From Clostridia bacterium (GTDB taxonomy: Bacteria; Bacillota; Peptococcia; DRI-13; PHAD01): a stretch of 64,000 nt of DNA. The position numbers and the translations under genes were made by a program. The stretch is taken from contig JAVEYA010000003.1 in NCBI GenBank assembly GCA_034003745.1, positions 40 to 64,039 of the forward strand. The letters are read 5' to 3'. Of the stretch, positions 55,364 through 64,000 are shown in pieces (within the stretch, counting starts at the first letter, position 1; each line of letters opens with the position of its first letter). The notes under the pieces are model-generated. The model saw only the letters and a list, made by a program, of their open reading frames with translations, was not told the origin of the DNA and made no database searches.

Positions 55364-55612
55364 ATGAAGTATGTGGCGATTACACAAACGAAGACCGATT
55401 CTTTGAAATATTCCCGGGATTTGCAGCAAAAGGGTATTTCCTGCGAGGTGCGCCCGGCCCCGCGCGTTATCAGCAAAAGCTGCACACCCGCCGTCTATAT
55501 AGAGTATGGGGAAAACTTCCGCGCGCTTATTACCAAGGAGGTCTATAAGTTGTACCGCGTTAATGAAAAGAAGCAGTACGCGCTGTTATACGCTCCTTGG
55601 CAGAATAATTGA
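55364..55612 (+). CDS. DUF3343 (Se/S-carrier-like) small protein
   Basis: 82 aa. KYVAITQTKTDSLKYSRDLQQKGISCEVRPAPRVISKSCTPAVYI fits the DUF3343 pattern. The RBS CAGGAGG precedes ATG 55364. It is divergent from the desulfurase-family gene. Confidence 0.7.
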   Translation: MKYVAITQTKTDSLKYSRDLQQKGISCEVRPAPRVISKSCTPAVYIEYGENFRALITKEVYKLYRVNEKKQYALLYAPWQNN

Positions 55613-55688
55613 CCGGGTTGTCTGTTTTAATGTATAATCTTCCTAGTGTCAAGCCAGTATTTGCCGGCAATTAGGAGGAATAGTAAGC

Positions 55689-58166
55689 ATGCAGGAACAT
55701 TATGACTTTCACGCCATAGAAGCCAAATGGCAGAGGGAATGGGACAGGCAGAAACTGTACCAGGTCACGGAAGATCAGAATAAGCCGAAATATTATTGTC
55801 TGGAGATGTTCCCCTACCCCTCGGGGAATTTACATATGGGGCATGTGCGCAATTATTCCATCGGGGACGTGATCGCCCGCTTCAAGAGCATGCAGGGATT
55901 TAATGTCCTGCACCCGATGGGCTGGGATTCCTTCGGCTTACCCGCCGAGAACGCCGCGATCAAACACGGCATTCCTCCGGCCAAATGGACGCTGGAGAAT
56001 ATCGCCAATATGAAAAGCCAGCTCAAGTCCATGGGCATCAGCTATGATTGGGACCGTGAGGTCGCTTCCTGCCTGCCCGATTATTATCAATGGACGCAGT
56101 GGCTATTCTTGCAGTTATACAAGCATGGCCTGGCCTATAAGAAAAAGGCGGGCGTGAACTGGTGCCCCAGCTGCGCCACGGTGCTGGCCAATGAGCAGGT
56201 CGTCGAGGGGGCGTGTGAGCGTTGTGATGCACCGGTGGAGAAGAAAGCGCTGGAACAGTGGTTTTTCCGCATTACCGACTACGCCCAGGAATTATTGGAT
56301 GATCTGGATAAGCTGCCCGGCTGGCCGGACAAGGTTAAGACTATGCAGGAGAACTGGATTGGCCGCTCTGAGGGCGCGGAAATCCGTTTTAAAACGGAAA
56401 TATCCGGCGAAGACGTACCGGTTTTTACGACCAGGGCGGATACGCTTTTTGGCGCGACTTATCTGGTGCTGGCCCCGGAACATCCCTTGGTGGAAGACCT
56501 GATTAAGGATACGGAATACGCCCGGCCTGTCCGTAAATTCGTGCAGAGCGTGCGGCAGATGACCGAAATAGCCCGGACTTCGACGGAAACGCCGAAAGAA
56601 GGGATGTTTATCGGCGCATATGTGCTGAATCCCCTGACACAGGAGAAAATTCCGGTCTGGGTAGCCAATTATGTTTTGTTTGAATACGGCACCGGCGCGG
56701 TCATGGGCGTGCCGGCCCATGACGAGCGCGACTTCGCCTTTGCGAAGAAATATAACCTGCCGATTAAGATCGTTATTCAGCCTGCGGAAGGCGAAACGCT
56801 GGAACTGGCGAACATGCAGGACGCCTATGTCGAAGATGGCGTCATGGTTCATTCGGGCGAGTTCGACGGAACCGGCAGTGCGGAAGGACGCAGGAAGGTC
56901 GCGGCTGCTTTGGAGAAGAAGCAAGCGGGGAAAGAGCGGATAACCTACCGCCTGCGCGATTGGTTGATTTCCCGTCAGCGGTACTGGGGAGCCCCTATCC
57001 CGATTATCTACTGTGAACACTGTGGGGAAGTTCCCGTTCCGGACCGTGATTTGCCGGTGATGCTGCCGCTGGAGGTGGAGTTCAAACCCACCGGGGAATC
57101 CCCTTTGAAATACATCCCGGAATTTATTAATACGGTTTGTCCCGTCTGCGGCCAACCGGCGCACCGGGAGACGGACACAATGGATACTTTCGTCTGCTCT
57201 TCCTGGTACTTTTTGCGCTACTGCGATCCCAGAAATAATATGGAATATGCCGCTAAAGAAAAAACCGATTACTGGATGGATGTAGACCAGTATATCGGCG
57301 GCGTAGAGCATGCCATTTTGCATTTGATGTACTCGCGTTTTTTTATGAAGGCTTTAAATGACTTCGGCCTGGTCGGTATGCGGGAACCGTTTAAGAATCT
57401 GTTGACCCAGGGCATGGTCTTGAAAGACGGCGCCAAGATGTCCAAATCCAAGGGCAATGTGGTCTCTCCGGAGGAGATTATCCATAAATACGGCGCCGAT
57501 ACGGCACGCCTTTTTATCCTCTTTGCTTCGCCGCCGGAACGTGATCTGGAGTGGAGCGACCAGGGGGTGGAGGGGAGTTTCCGCTTCCTGCGCAGAGTCT
57601 GGCGGATGGCCTACGGCTTTGTCCGTGAGGAGGTCAAAGAGCCCTCGCTGAGCCAAGGGGAGCTGACTCCCGCCGATAAGGAGCTGCGCCGCCTTCTGCA
57701 CGGGACGATCAAGAAGGTGACGGAAGACATTGAACTCAGATTCAATTTCAATACGGCTATCAGCGCAATTATGGAACTGGTGAACGGGCTTTACCTGTAT
57801 AAGGAAAGGGAAGACCGCAATCCGGCTCTTCTGGGGGAGGCCATTGAGAAAATGATGGTCTTGCTGGCGCCCTTTACGCCGCATTTTGCGGAAGAGGTAT
57901 GGTGCGAACTGGGTCATACGGAAAGTGTGCATCTGGAGCCCTGGCCGGAATATGACCGGAATGCGTTGATTGCGGAAGCGGTTGAGGTAGTGCTGCAGGT
58001 CAACGGCAAGGTGCGCGACCGTCTGACGGTGCCGTCGGGCTTGGCGCCGCAGGAACTGGAACGTACTGTGCTGGCCATGGAGCGGGCGCAGGCGGCTATC
58101 GCCGGCAAGACCCTGGTAAAAGTGATTACGATACCGGACAAGCTGGTGAATATCGTCGTAAAATAA
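55689..58166 (+). CDS. leuS: leucine--tRNA ligase
   Basis: It has the HIGH-type motif ([11 protein letters not shown]) and KMSKS. The protein is 825 aa and colinear with LeuS. Confidence 0.96.
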   Translation: MQEHYDFHAIEAKWQREWDRQKLYQVTEDQNKPKYYCLEMFPYPSGNLHMGHVRNYSIGDVIARFKSMQGFNVLHPMGWDSFGLPAENAAIKHGIPPAKWTLENIANMKSQLKSMGISYDWDREVASCLPDYYQWTQWLFLQLYKHGLAYKKKAGVNWCPSCATVLANEQVVEGACERCDAPVEKKALEQWFFRITDYAQELLDDLDKLPGWPDKVKTMQENWIGRSEGAEIRFKTEISGEDVPVFTTRADTLFGATYLVLAPEHPLVEDLIKDTEYARPVRKFVQSVRQMTEIARTSTETPKEGMFIGAYVLNPLTQEKIPVWVANYVLFEYGTGAVMGVPAHDERDFAFAKKYNLPIKIVIQPAEGETLELANMQDAYVEDGVMVHSGEFDGTGSAEGRRKVAAALEKKQAGKERITYRLRDWLISRQRYWGAPIPIIYCEHCGEVPVPDRDLPVMLPLEVEFKPTGESPLKYIPEFINTVCPVCGQPAHRETDTMDTFVCSSWYFLRYCDPRNNMEYAAKEKTDYWMDVDQYIGGVEHAILHLMYSRFFMKALNDFGLVGMREPFKNLLTQGMVLKDGAKMSKSKGNVVSPEEIIHKYGADTARLFILFASPPERDLEWSDQGVEGSFRFLRRVWRMAYGFVREEVKEPSLSQGELTPADKELRRLLHGTIKKVTEDIELRFNFNTAISAIMELVNGLYLYKEREDRNPALLGEAIEKMMVLLAPFTPHFAEEVWCELGHTESVHLEPWPEYDRNALIAEAVEVVLQVNGKVRDRLTVPSGLAPQELERTVLAMERAQAAIAGKTLVKVITIPDKLVNIVVK

Positions 58167-58204
58167 TAAGAAAATGTCATTATATTTTATGGATGATAAT
58201 AATT

Positions 58205-58240
58205 AGGGGGACGAAAATATTCGTCTCCCTGATTTGTTGG
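58205..58240 (+). terminator. probable leuS terminator
   Basis: AGGGGGACGA / TCGTCTCCCT, a 10-bp stem with one G-U pair. The U-tract GATTTGTT is weak. Confidence 0.5.
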
Positions 58241-58297
58241 AGGATGTTGTAATTCATAATTATTTGATGCATAATATGTATGAAGGGGGTTATGAAA

Positions 58298-58519
58298 ATG
58301 AGAACGACTATAAATATATCAGAACATATAATAAAAGAAACAGAAGCCCTGTATGAAACGACCAACAGGTCTAAGGCCGTTGAAAGCGCGCTGCTTGACG
58401 CCATTAAATATAAAAAGCTACAGGCTTTTAAGCAGTTAAAGGGAAAGATAAGTTTTGATGAAGAATTTCTGAATAATATACGGAGAATGGAATTGTATGA
58501 AACAGAAGATAATTGTTGA
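58298..58519 (+). CDS. vapB: VapB-like (DUF2191/Arc-type) antitoxin
   Basis: MRTTINISEHIIKETEAL...NRSKAVESALLDAI is the typical antitoxin N-terminus. It overlaps the PIN gene by 23 nt. Confidence 0.75.
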   Translation: MRTTINISEHIIKETEALYETTNRSKAVESALLDAIKYKKLQAFKQLKGKISFDEEFLNNIRRMELYETEDNC

Positions 58520-58907
58520 TACGTCTATCTGGATTGAATATTTTAAAAATAACGACACGGTAGCCAGAATAATTGACGAGGGTCTTGATACCGGCACGAT
58601 ATATATTGCCGGCCCGGTTATTTCAGAATTATTGCAGGGGGTAAAATCAAATCGGGAATTATCCATGCTCGAAAAGTATATTGACGCTGTACCTTATTTA
58701 GAATGTAAGATGGATGATTGGACAGAGGCCGGCCACGTTTCTTTCTCATTGAGGAAAATCGGAATAACTATACCTTTAACAGATATAATTATTTATTCCA
58801 TAGCTAAAAAAAATGACGCCATGATTTTCACAAGAGATAAACATTTCAATCTAATTCCCAATATTAAATTATTTGAAACACTGTCCGAAGACAGCAACCT
58901 TCTATAA
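58497..58907 (+). CDS. vapC: PIN-domain ribonuclease toxin VapC
   Basis: IIVDTSIWIEYF (first acidic residue), ISELLQG and the C-terminal TRDKHF fit a PIN domain. Confidence 0.85.
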   Translation: MKQKIIVDTSIWIEYFKNNDTVARIIDEGLDTGTIYIAGPVISELLQGVKSNRELSMLEKYIDAVPYLECKMDDWTEAGHVSFSLRKIGITIPLTDIIIYSIAKKNDAMIFTRDKHFNLIPNIKLFETLSEDSNLL

Positions 58908-58926
58908 TGAGAGTTTAGCGATTGGC

Positions 58927-58983
58927 GTATGCAGACAAAGGGGGTGCTCTGTTGAACACCCCCTTTGTCTGCATACCTTTTTA
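58927..58983. terminator. bidirectional terminator with a 20-bp perfect stem
   Basis: GTATGCAGACAAAGGGGGTG ... CACCCCCTTTGTCTGCATAC followed by CTTTTTA. Confidence 0.8.
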
Positions 58984-59006
58984 TCTATTTCATTTTGTAA
59001 AGAGGC

Positions 59007-59894
59007 TTATTCAGTGCCGCAGATCTTCTGGTCGGCCACTTCCTCAATGATGGCGGCGACGGCGGACATATCCTGGGGACCGTAGCCTTTCTTCATGGCG
59101 GAGTTGAAGAGCTGCTGGGTGATGGCGGAGATGAAGGTGGGGATTTTCAAATCATTGGTCAGCCCCATAAATAAGGAAACGTCCTTATGCATATGGCTGC
59201 AGGCAAAGATGGTCTTCTCATAGGTGTTGTTGACAATGTTGGGCCCGAAAAGGTCCAAGGCTTTGCTGTTGGCGGTGCTGACTTTGAAGATATCAAAGAT
59301 GGTTTGGGCTTTAAGCCCCGCTTTGACGCCGGTGGCCATAGCTTCGGCTATTGCTACGGTGTTGACGGCCAAGACGATGTTGTTGCACATTTTCATGACC
59401 TGTCCGGTACCGATGCCGCCCAGGTAGAAGATGTTGCCGGCAATTTTTTCAAAAATGGGTTTGGCTTTGGCGAAAACTTCCTCATCGCCGCCTACCATGG
59501 TGGACATGGTGGCGTTCTCCGCGCCGGTGGGCCCGCCGCTGACGGGGCAGTCCAGATAGCCGACGCCTTTGGCTTTGCACAGTTCATAGAGTTCTTTTTC
59601 CACAGAAACGGCTGTCGTACTCATATCGCAGACAACTGCGCCGGGTTTCAGACCGGGCAGCGCCGCGGTGACGGCGTCATATACTGCCTGGGTGGTCGGC
59701 AGGCTCGCCAAAAGGATCTCCACTTTCTCCGCGACTTCCTTAGGAGTACCCAGTACAGTAGCCCCTAATTCTTTACCCTTCTCCGCCGCTGCCGGAAATG
59801 GATCGTACGCATAAACAGTATGTCCGGCCTTAATCAGGTTCTTAACCATGCCTTTACCCATTTGTCCAATACCAATTACTCCCACGTTGGCCAA
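59007..59894 (-). CDS. NAD(P)-dependent beta-hydroxyacid dehydrogenase (3-hydroxyisobutyrate / succinic-semialdehyde reductase family)
   Basis: The Rossmann N-terminus is VGVIGIGQMGKGM. The central and C-terminal domains are typical of the HIBADH family. I prefer TTG 59894. The in-frame ATG 59996 would add 34 atypical residues. Confidence 0.85.
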   Translation of the reverse strand: MANVGVIGIGQMGKGMVKNLIKAGHTVYAYDPFPAAAEKGKELGATVLGTPKEVAEKVEILLASLPTTQAVYDAVTAALPGLKPGAVVCDMSTTAVSVEKELYELCKAKGVGYLDCPVSGGPTGAENATMSTMVGGDEEVFAKAKPIFEKIAGNIFYLGGIGTGQVMKMCNNIVLAVNTVAIAEAMATGVKAGLKAQTIFDIFKVSTANSKALDLFGPNIVNNTYEKTIFACSHMHKDVSLFMGLTNDLKIPTFISAITQQLFNSAMKKGYGPQDMSAVAAIIEEVADQKICGTE

Positions 59895-60053
59895 GATCGG
59901 TTTTACTCCCCTACAGACGTATTCGTCTGTTCTCAGCCTGGAGTAATGGGTTTTTGTCATACCGCCTGCCATAATATGTTGTGACAAAACATACACCCCT
60001 TTTTCGAAATAATCAGTAAACTTAAAGAAGTATGATTACAGAAATTTAATAAT

Positions 60054-60069
60054 TGCAAAAAGCATGCCA
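60054..60069 (-). promoter_or_regulatory. sigma-54 (-24/-12) promoter reading into the dehydrogenase gene
   Basis: The minus strand reads TGGCAT-GCTTT-TTGCA, an exact fit to TGGCAY-N5-TTGCW. It is divergent from a sigma-54 activator gene. Confidence 0.7.
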
Positions 60070-60126
60070 TTTTTTAAAACAGGTGGAGGCCGCTATTGAC
60101 GGCATTTGTTGCCGGATGTCTTATAA

Positions 60127-60154
60127 AAACATGTCGCCGATTGGCGACATGTTT
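60127..60154. promoter_or_regulatory. 12-bp-arm perfect palindrome, candidate activator-binding site
   Basis: AAACATGTCGCC-GATT-GGCGACATGTTT, located 60-85 bp upstream of the -24 element relative to the minus strand. Confidence 0.45.
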
Positions 60155-60225
60155 CTGATTAGCTACAGAATTATCTGAAGATTATGTCCGGAGCAATTCA
60201 ATTTTAAGCGGCGGTATGATAAGAT

Positions 60226-61662
60226 ATGAACATACCTTTCCTGAAAGGGATGATGTCGATGAATGACAACACCTTAGTACTCAAACAGGAATTATTAATC
60301 TATAGACGGATTATGGATGTTTCAACAGACGGTTTTATCGTCGTAGATAAAAATGCCTATATTATTGATATTAACCAGGCGTATTGCAATTATCTGGACG
60401 TCAAACGCGAGGAGGTACTGGGCAAGTATGTGCGTGACGTTATCAAAAATTCGAGCATGCCGGAAATCGTCAGAACCGGACAGGGCGATACCAATACGAT
60501 TCATGCCTATATGGGCGACCAGGTCCGGGGTAAGGAAAAAATTGTCGCGGTGACCCGTTCGGCGGTTTTGGATGGCAACGAAATCATCGGCGCGGTCAGC
60601 CAAATTAAATTTTCCAATGAGATGATGGATTTAGCCCAAAAAATCCAGGCGTTGGGTGCGGAATTACAGTACTATAAGAAGGAATTAAAAAGAATCGGCG
60701 TGACCCGGCATTCCTTTGAAAACATGATCGGCAAAAACCCCCGCTTTCTGGAGATAAAAAACATGGCTAAAAAGGTGGCCGGCAAGGATTTATCACTCTT
60801 AATCCTGGGCGAAACCGGGAGCGGCAAAGAAGTTTTTGCCAACGCCATCCATTATGCCAGCCAGCGACGGGACGGGCCCTTCATCCGCGTGAACTGCGCG
60901 GCCATTCCCTCGGAACTTTTGGAGTCGGAACTCTTCGGCTATGAGGAAGGATCCTTCACCGGGGCAAGGCGCGGCGGCAAAAAGGGCAAATTCGAGCTGG
61001 CCAACGGCGGCACCATCTTTTTAGATGAAATTGGCGATATGCCGCTGAATATGCAGGCTAAAATCCTGCGCGTCCTGCAGGAAAATGAATTGGAGAAGGT
61101 CGGCGGCAGTGAGATTATCCCGCTGAATATCCGGGTTATCGCCGCGACCAATCAGGACCTGGAGCAGAAGATGCGCAATAATACTTTCCGTTCCGATTTG
61201 TACTACCGGCTGAATGTGATTCAATTTGAAATACCGCCGCTGAGGCAGCGTCCGGAAGATGTCCAGGATTTTATCAATAGCTTTTTGGCGGAGTTGAATG
61301 AGCGGTATGACACGAATGTCATCTTGGCCCCGGAGGTCCTGCAGATGCTGCTGAAATACAACTGGCCGGGCAATATCCGTGAAGTGAAGAATATCGTTGA
61401 ACGGGCGTACAGTCTGGTGGAGGGGAATGTCATCAAGTTGAACAGTCTGCCGTCTGCTGTTTTTGAGGGCAGGGAAGTACAGATTTCCCCCAAAAAAGGA
61501 AATCTCGATGACATCATCGAGAATGTAGAACGGGATACGCTCTTAAGAATCATCCAGAAAAATAATTATAACTGTAAGATGACGGCCCGGGAACTGGGCA
61601 TCCATCGCAGTACGCTATATAAGAAACTAAACAAATTAAATATTATCATAGACCGAAAATAA
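60226..61662 (+). CDS. sigma-54-dependent transcriptional activator (PAS - AAA+ - Fis HTH), paralog of 19501-20865
   Basis: It has a PAS N-terminus, GETGSGKE, GSFTGA, IRVIAATN and a C-terminal HTH (MTARELGIHRSTLYKKL). The true start may be ATG 60253 or ATG 60259. Confidence 0.9.
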   Translation: MNIPFLKGMMSMNDNTLVLKQELLIYRRIMDVSTDGFIVVDKNAYIIDINQAYCNYLDVKREEVLGKYVRDVIKNSSMPEIVRTGQGDTNTIHAYMGDQVRGKEKIVAVTRSAVLDGNEIIGAVSQIKFSNEMMDLAQKIQALGAELQYYKKELKRIGVTRHSFENMIGKNPRFLEIKNMAKKVAGKDLSLLILGETGSGKEVFANAIHYASQRRDGPFIRVNCAAIPSELLESELFGYEEGSFTGARRGGKKGKFELANGGTIFLDEIGDMPLNMQAKILRVLQENELEKVGGSEIIPLNIRVIAATNQDLEQKMRNNTFRSDLYYRLNVIQFEIPPLRQRPEDVQDFINSFLAELNERYDTNVILAPEVLQMLLKYNWPGNIREVKNIVERAYSLVEGNVIKLNSLPSAVFEGREVQISPKKGNLDDIIENVERDTLLRIIQKNNYNCKMTARELGIHRSTLYKKLNKLNIIIDRK

Positions 61663-61730
61663 GACTCCAGAGACGAACCCGTAAGCATTTAGATAGACCT
61701 CTGATAAGACCTCGGAGCTATACGAAAAAT

Positions 61731-63326
61731 CTACACGCCAACGCTTTCTATCTTTAGAGTTCCATCGTCATAAGGCTCTACGCGCGTATGGGACAGCCAC
61801 TTGGCGTCATCTTTTTTTGGAAAATCAAGCCGGTAATGACAACCGCGGCTTTCTTCGCGGAAAAGAGCGGACCGGGTAATCAATTCCGCAGTGGTGAGCA
61901 TGTTGTTTGTTTCCAGAACAGCGGCGAGACCTTCTTCTTTACTGCTTAGAGAGAGCGCATTCATCTCCTGGATTTCTTTTAAGGCTTCCGTCAGCCCCTC
62001 TTTGCTGCGGAGCACGCCGACTTTTTCCCACATCAGCCGGCGCAGTCTCTCTTTGACCTCCCTGGTACTGTGGTCGCCTTTTTGATGCTCGACGCGCGCG
62101 GCGTTCACTGTCATGGCGATATCATCGATAGAGAACATTCCGTGCTGGGAGAAGTTGATTTTGCCCAGGGAAGCAACCGCAGATTCTCCGGCGCGTTTGC
62201 CGGTAACGATGGCTTCGCTTAAGGCATTGCCGCCGAGGCGGTTGGCTCCGTGCAGGCCGCCGGTGACTTCTCCGGCAGCAAAAAGGCCGGGCAGAGACGT
62301 TTCCATCTGTTCATTTACTTGCACGCCCCCGCAGCAGAAATGGGCGACGGGCGCTACCGGAATTCTGGCGCTGCCGGACAGCAGGTTCGTCTTCAGCCAG
62401 GCTTTAACCTGCATGGTGCCTTCATAATCACTGGCTCTGCCGGCCTTTTCCCAATCATCGTCAGTTGCTTCGGAAAAATCAAGATAGGTGGGGTATTCCA
62501 GCATCATGACGCGGCTTGCTAAATCCCGGGACTTAATGGCCAGAGGCAGGGTTATATTAAATTTTTTGATCAGGTCTTCACCGGCCGCGTTGACGAATTT
62601 GGCCGGATCGGCGGTCTGCGGGACGAAGAAGTAGTCCTGGCGGCCCTCTCCAAAGTCGGACATTACCGGGTAATACTGTACGAATTCCATATCAATCAGG
62701 ACTGCTCCGCCACGGATAGCAAGGGCAAAGCCATCGCCGGTAATGGAAGAGGGGTTGTCGTTTCTGGCATAGATGGCGGAACCGCCGCCGCTGGCAAGGA
62801 TGACTGCGCCGCAGAAAATGACGATGGGACGGCCGTCTTTGCGGTCGACCCCCCAGGCGCCGATGACCTCGCCGCCACGGAAAATCAAATCATACATCAG
62901 ATAGGGCTGCATGAAGCGTACGCCGATTTTTTTGGCGTACTGCGTCAGCGGAACAACGACTGCGGAGCCTTTGAAAAAGGGGCTGGCTGCTTCGCCGTAA
63001 TAGCCGGGGGCCTTTAGTTCCAGTTTGGCGCCATAATTATTCAGACTGCCGACGTCGGCGGGGGCGTTCTCGATAAGTAAGTCCACCAGCTCCTGTTTGT
63101 TCAGGCCCTGACCGGCCTGCAGGGTATCTGCGCGGTGCGATTCTTTGGTGCGGACAGTGCCGGCGTTACTGAAGGCTGCGGCGCTGACCGTAGTACAGGC
63201 GCCCGCCCCCGGGCCCAACTTGGAGACGACGATAACGCTCTTGCCCGCTTCACGTGCGGTAATCGCCGCCATCAGGCCTGCGCCGCCTGCACCGATGACC
63301 AGAATATCCGCTGAATATGTAATCAT
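61731..63326 (-). CDS. FAD-dependent oxidoreductase of the FrdA/SdhA/NadB (L-aspartate oxidase-like) family
   Basis: It has DILVIGAGGAGLMAA (dinucleotide fold), GGLHGANRLGGNAL and ESRGCHYRLDFP. The protein is 531 aa. No partner Fe-S subunit is adjacent. Confidence 0.8.
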   Translation of the reverse strand: MITYSADILVIGAGGAGLMAAITAREAGKSVIVVSKLGPGAGACTTVSAAAFSNAGTVRTKESHRADTLQAGQGLNKQELVDLLIENAPADVGSLNNYGAKLELKAPGYYGEAASPFFKGSAVVVPLTQYAKKIGVRFMQPYLMYDLIFRGGEVIGAWGVDRKDGRPIVIFCGAVILASGGGSAIYARNDNPSSITGDGFALAIRGGAVLIDMEFVQYYPVMSDFGEGRQDYFFVPQTADPAKFVNAAGEDLIKKFNITLPLAIKSRDLASRVMMLEYPTYLDFSEATDDDWEKAGRASDYEGTMQVKAWLKTNLLSGSARIPVAPVAHFCCGGVQVNEQMETSLPGLFAAGEVTGGLHGANRLGGNALSEAIVTGKRAGESAVASLGKINFSQHGMFSIDDIAMTVNAARVEHQKGDHSTREVKERLRRLMWEKVGVLRSKEGLTEALKEIQEMNALSLSSKEEGLAAVLETNNMLTTAELITRSALFREESRGCHYRLDFPKKDDAKWLSHTRVEPYDDGTLKIESVGV

Positions 63327-63351
63327 CTCTATTTCACCTCATTGATTATAA

Positions 63352-63380
63352 TTGACAAGTCGGGTGTACATTACTATATA
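63352..63380 (+). promoter_or_regulatory. candidate sigma-70 promoter of nadE
   Basis: TTGACA - 17 nt - TATATA, about 55 nt upstream of ATG 63436. Confidence 0.45.
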
Positions 63381-63435
63381 TTATAAGCTAAGATAGGGAA
63401 TAGGGAAACAAGGATATGGACAAGGAGCCGAAAAA

Positions 63436-64000
63436 ATGAAAAATTATGGATTCCTGAAGGCGGCGGTGGCTTCGCCCAAGCTGGCGGTCGCCAATCCCCG
63501 CTATAATCTGGAGGAGCATGTTAAGTTGGTCCGGCAAGCGGCGGAGCAGCAGGCTGCCCTGGTCGTCTTTCCGGAACTTTCGCTCACGGGATATACCTGC
63601 GCGGATTTATTCCACCAGAAGTTTTTGCTGGATTCCGCCCTGGAGGCTCTCCAAGAGCTGACGCAGCAGACAAAAGGGCTCCCCATAGTTATTTTGGCAG
63701 GCCTGCCTATAAATATACTGGATAAGTTATATAACTGCGCCGCGGTCATCAAAGAGGGAGAAATCCTCGGTATAGTTCCCAAAATGTATCTTCCCAATTA
63801 CAAGGAATACTACGAAAAAAGATGGTTTACCTCCGGCCACCGCATCAGCGCCCAGGTGAGGGAAGTTGAAACAGGGGGACGGAAGGTGCCCTTCGGGCAT
63901 TTGATTTTCCAATGCGCCGCGCCGGCTTTTTCCTTAGGCGTCGAAATCTGCGAGGACTTATGGATGCCCATACCGCCCAGCGCAGGTTTATCCATTTACG
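63436..64000 (+). CDS. nadE: glutamine-dependent NAD+ synthetase, N-terminal CN-hydrolase part (3' truncated by the window edge)
   Basis: This gene is not in the supplied ORF track because it has no stop within the window. My translation is MKNYGFLKAAVASPKLAVANPRYNLEEHVKLVRQAAEQQAALVVFPELSLTGYTCADLF...GVEICEDLW. That is the typical long-form NadE nitrilase domain with the catalytic E and the EICED motif. AAGGAG lies 8 nt upstream. Confidence 0.85.
   Translation, partial: MKNYGFLKAAVASPKLAVANPRYNLEEHVKLVRQAAEQQAALVVFPELSLTGYTCADLFHQKFLLDSALEALQELTQQTKGLPIVILAGLPINILDKLYNCAAVIKEGEILGIVPKMYLPNYKEYYEKRWFTSGHRISAQVREVETGGRKVPFGHLIFQCAAPAFSLGVEICEDLWMPIPPSAGLSIY

Noticed and set aside
55613-55688. 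T-box leader upstream of leuS
   Set aside because: The intergenic region is only 76 nt and lacks the T-box sequence (AANNNGGGTGGNACCGCG) and the specifier/terminator architecture.
56292-57323. 343-aa ORF on the minus strand inside leuS
   Set aside because: It is entirely antisense to a full-length, colinear LeuS gene. The translation is Arg/Gly/Pro-rich and low-complexity, with no recognisable motif or RBS. This is a typical shadow ORF.

Overview
This is a 64-kb chromosomal window of about 50% GC. Its gene content fits an anaerobic Firmicute, possibly Negativicutes or Peptococcaceae-like; that guess rests only on gene content (AbfD/AbfT, PAS-type sigma-54 activators, several Cu-amine-oxidase-N stalk domains). 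I call about 60 CDS, almost all housekeeping or metabolic. In order they are: Rrf2 regulator, metA, an XdhC-like gene, mnmA, metY, nifS-nifU, a three-subunit molybdenum hydroxylase, arsR plus a P1B-ATPase, a purine permease plus PRT operon, a sigma-54 activator with abfD/abfT, a yedE-led Se/S operon, speA, an ECF sigma/anti-sigma cluster, a TRAP transporter, galU, hicAB, opuA, znuACB-zur, galE, modABC with a divergent HTH-PBP regulator, a cysteine-desulfurase-family gene paired with DUF3343, leuS, vapBC, a second sigma-54 activator with a beta-hydroxyacid dehydrogenase, an FAD oxidoreductase and nadE (3' truncated). I found no rRNA, tRNA, CRISPR array, transposase or integrase. The points most worth a second look are these. 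(1) A yedE / extended-DUF3343 / YjeF_C-like kinase-fold / TusA-like operon which, with a second DUF3343 plus cysteine-desulfurase pair, a permuted XdhC-like factor and a Mo hydroxylase, suggests an uncharacterised selenium/sulfur trafficking module. (2) Two structured 5' leaders with terminator-like hairpins that match no riboswitch class I recognise, one upstream of the purine permease operon and one upstream of the TRAP transporter. (3) Two textbook sigma-54 promoters with palindromic upstream sites. (4) A palindromic REP/MITE-like repeat family with four copies, one of which supplies the C-terminus of ZnuC. All homology calls come from reading the translated ORFs by eye; no database search was run.
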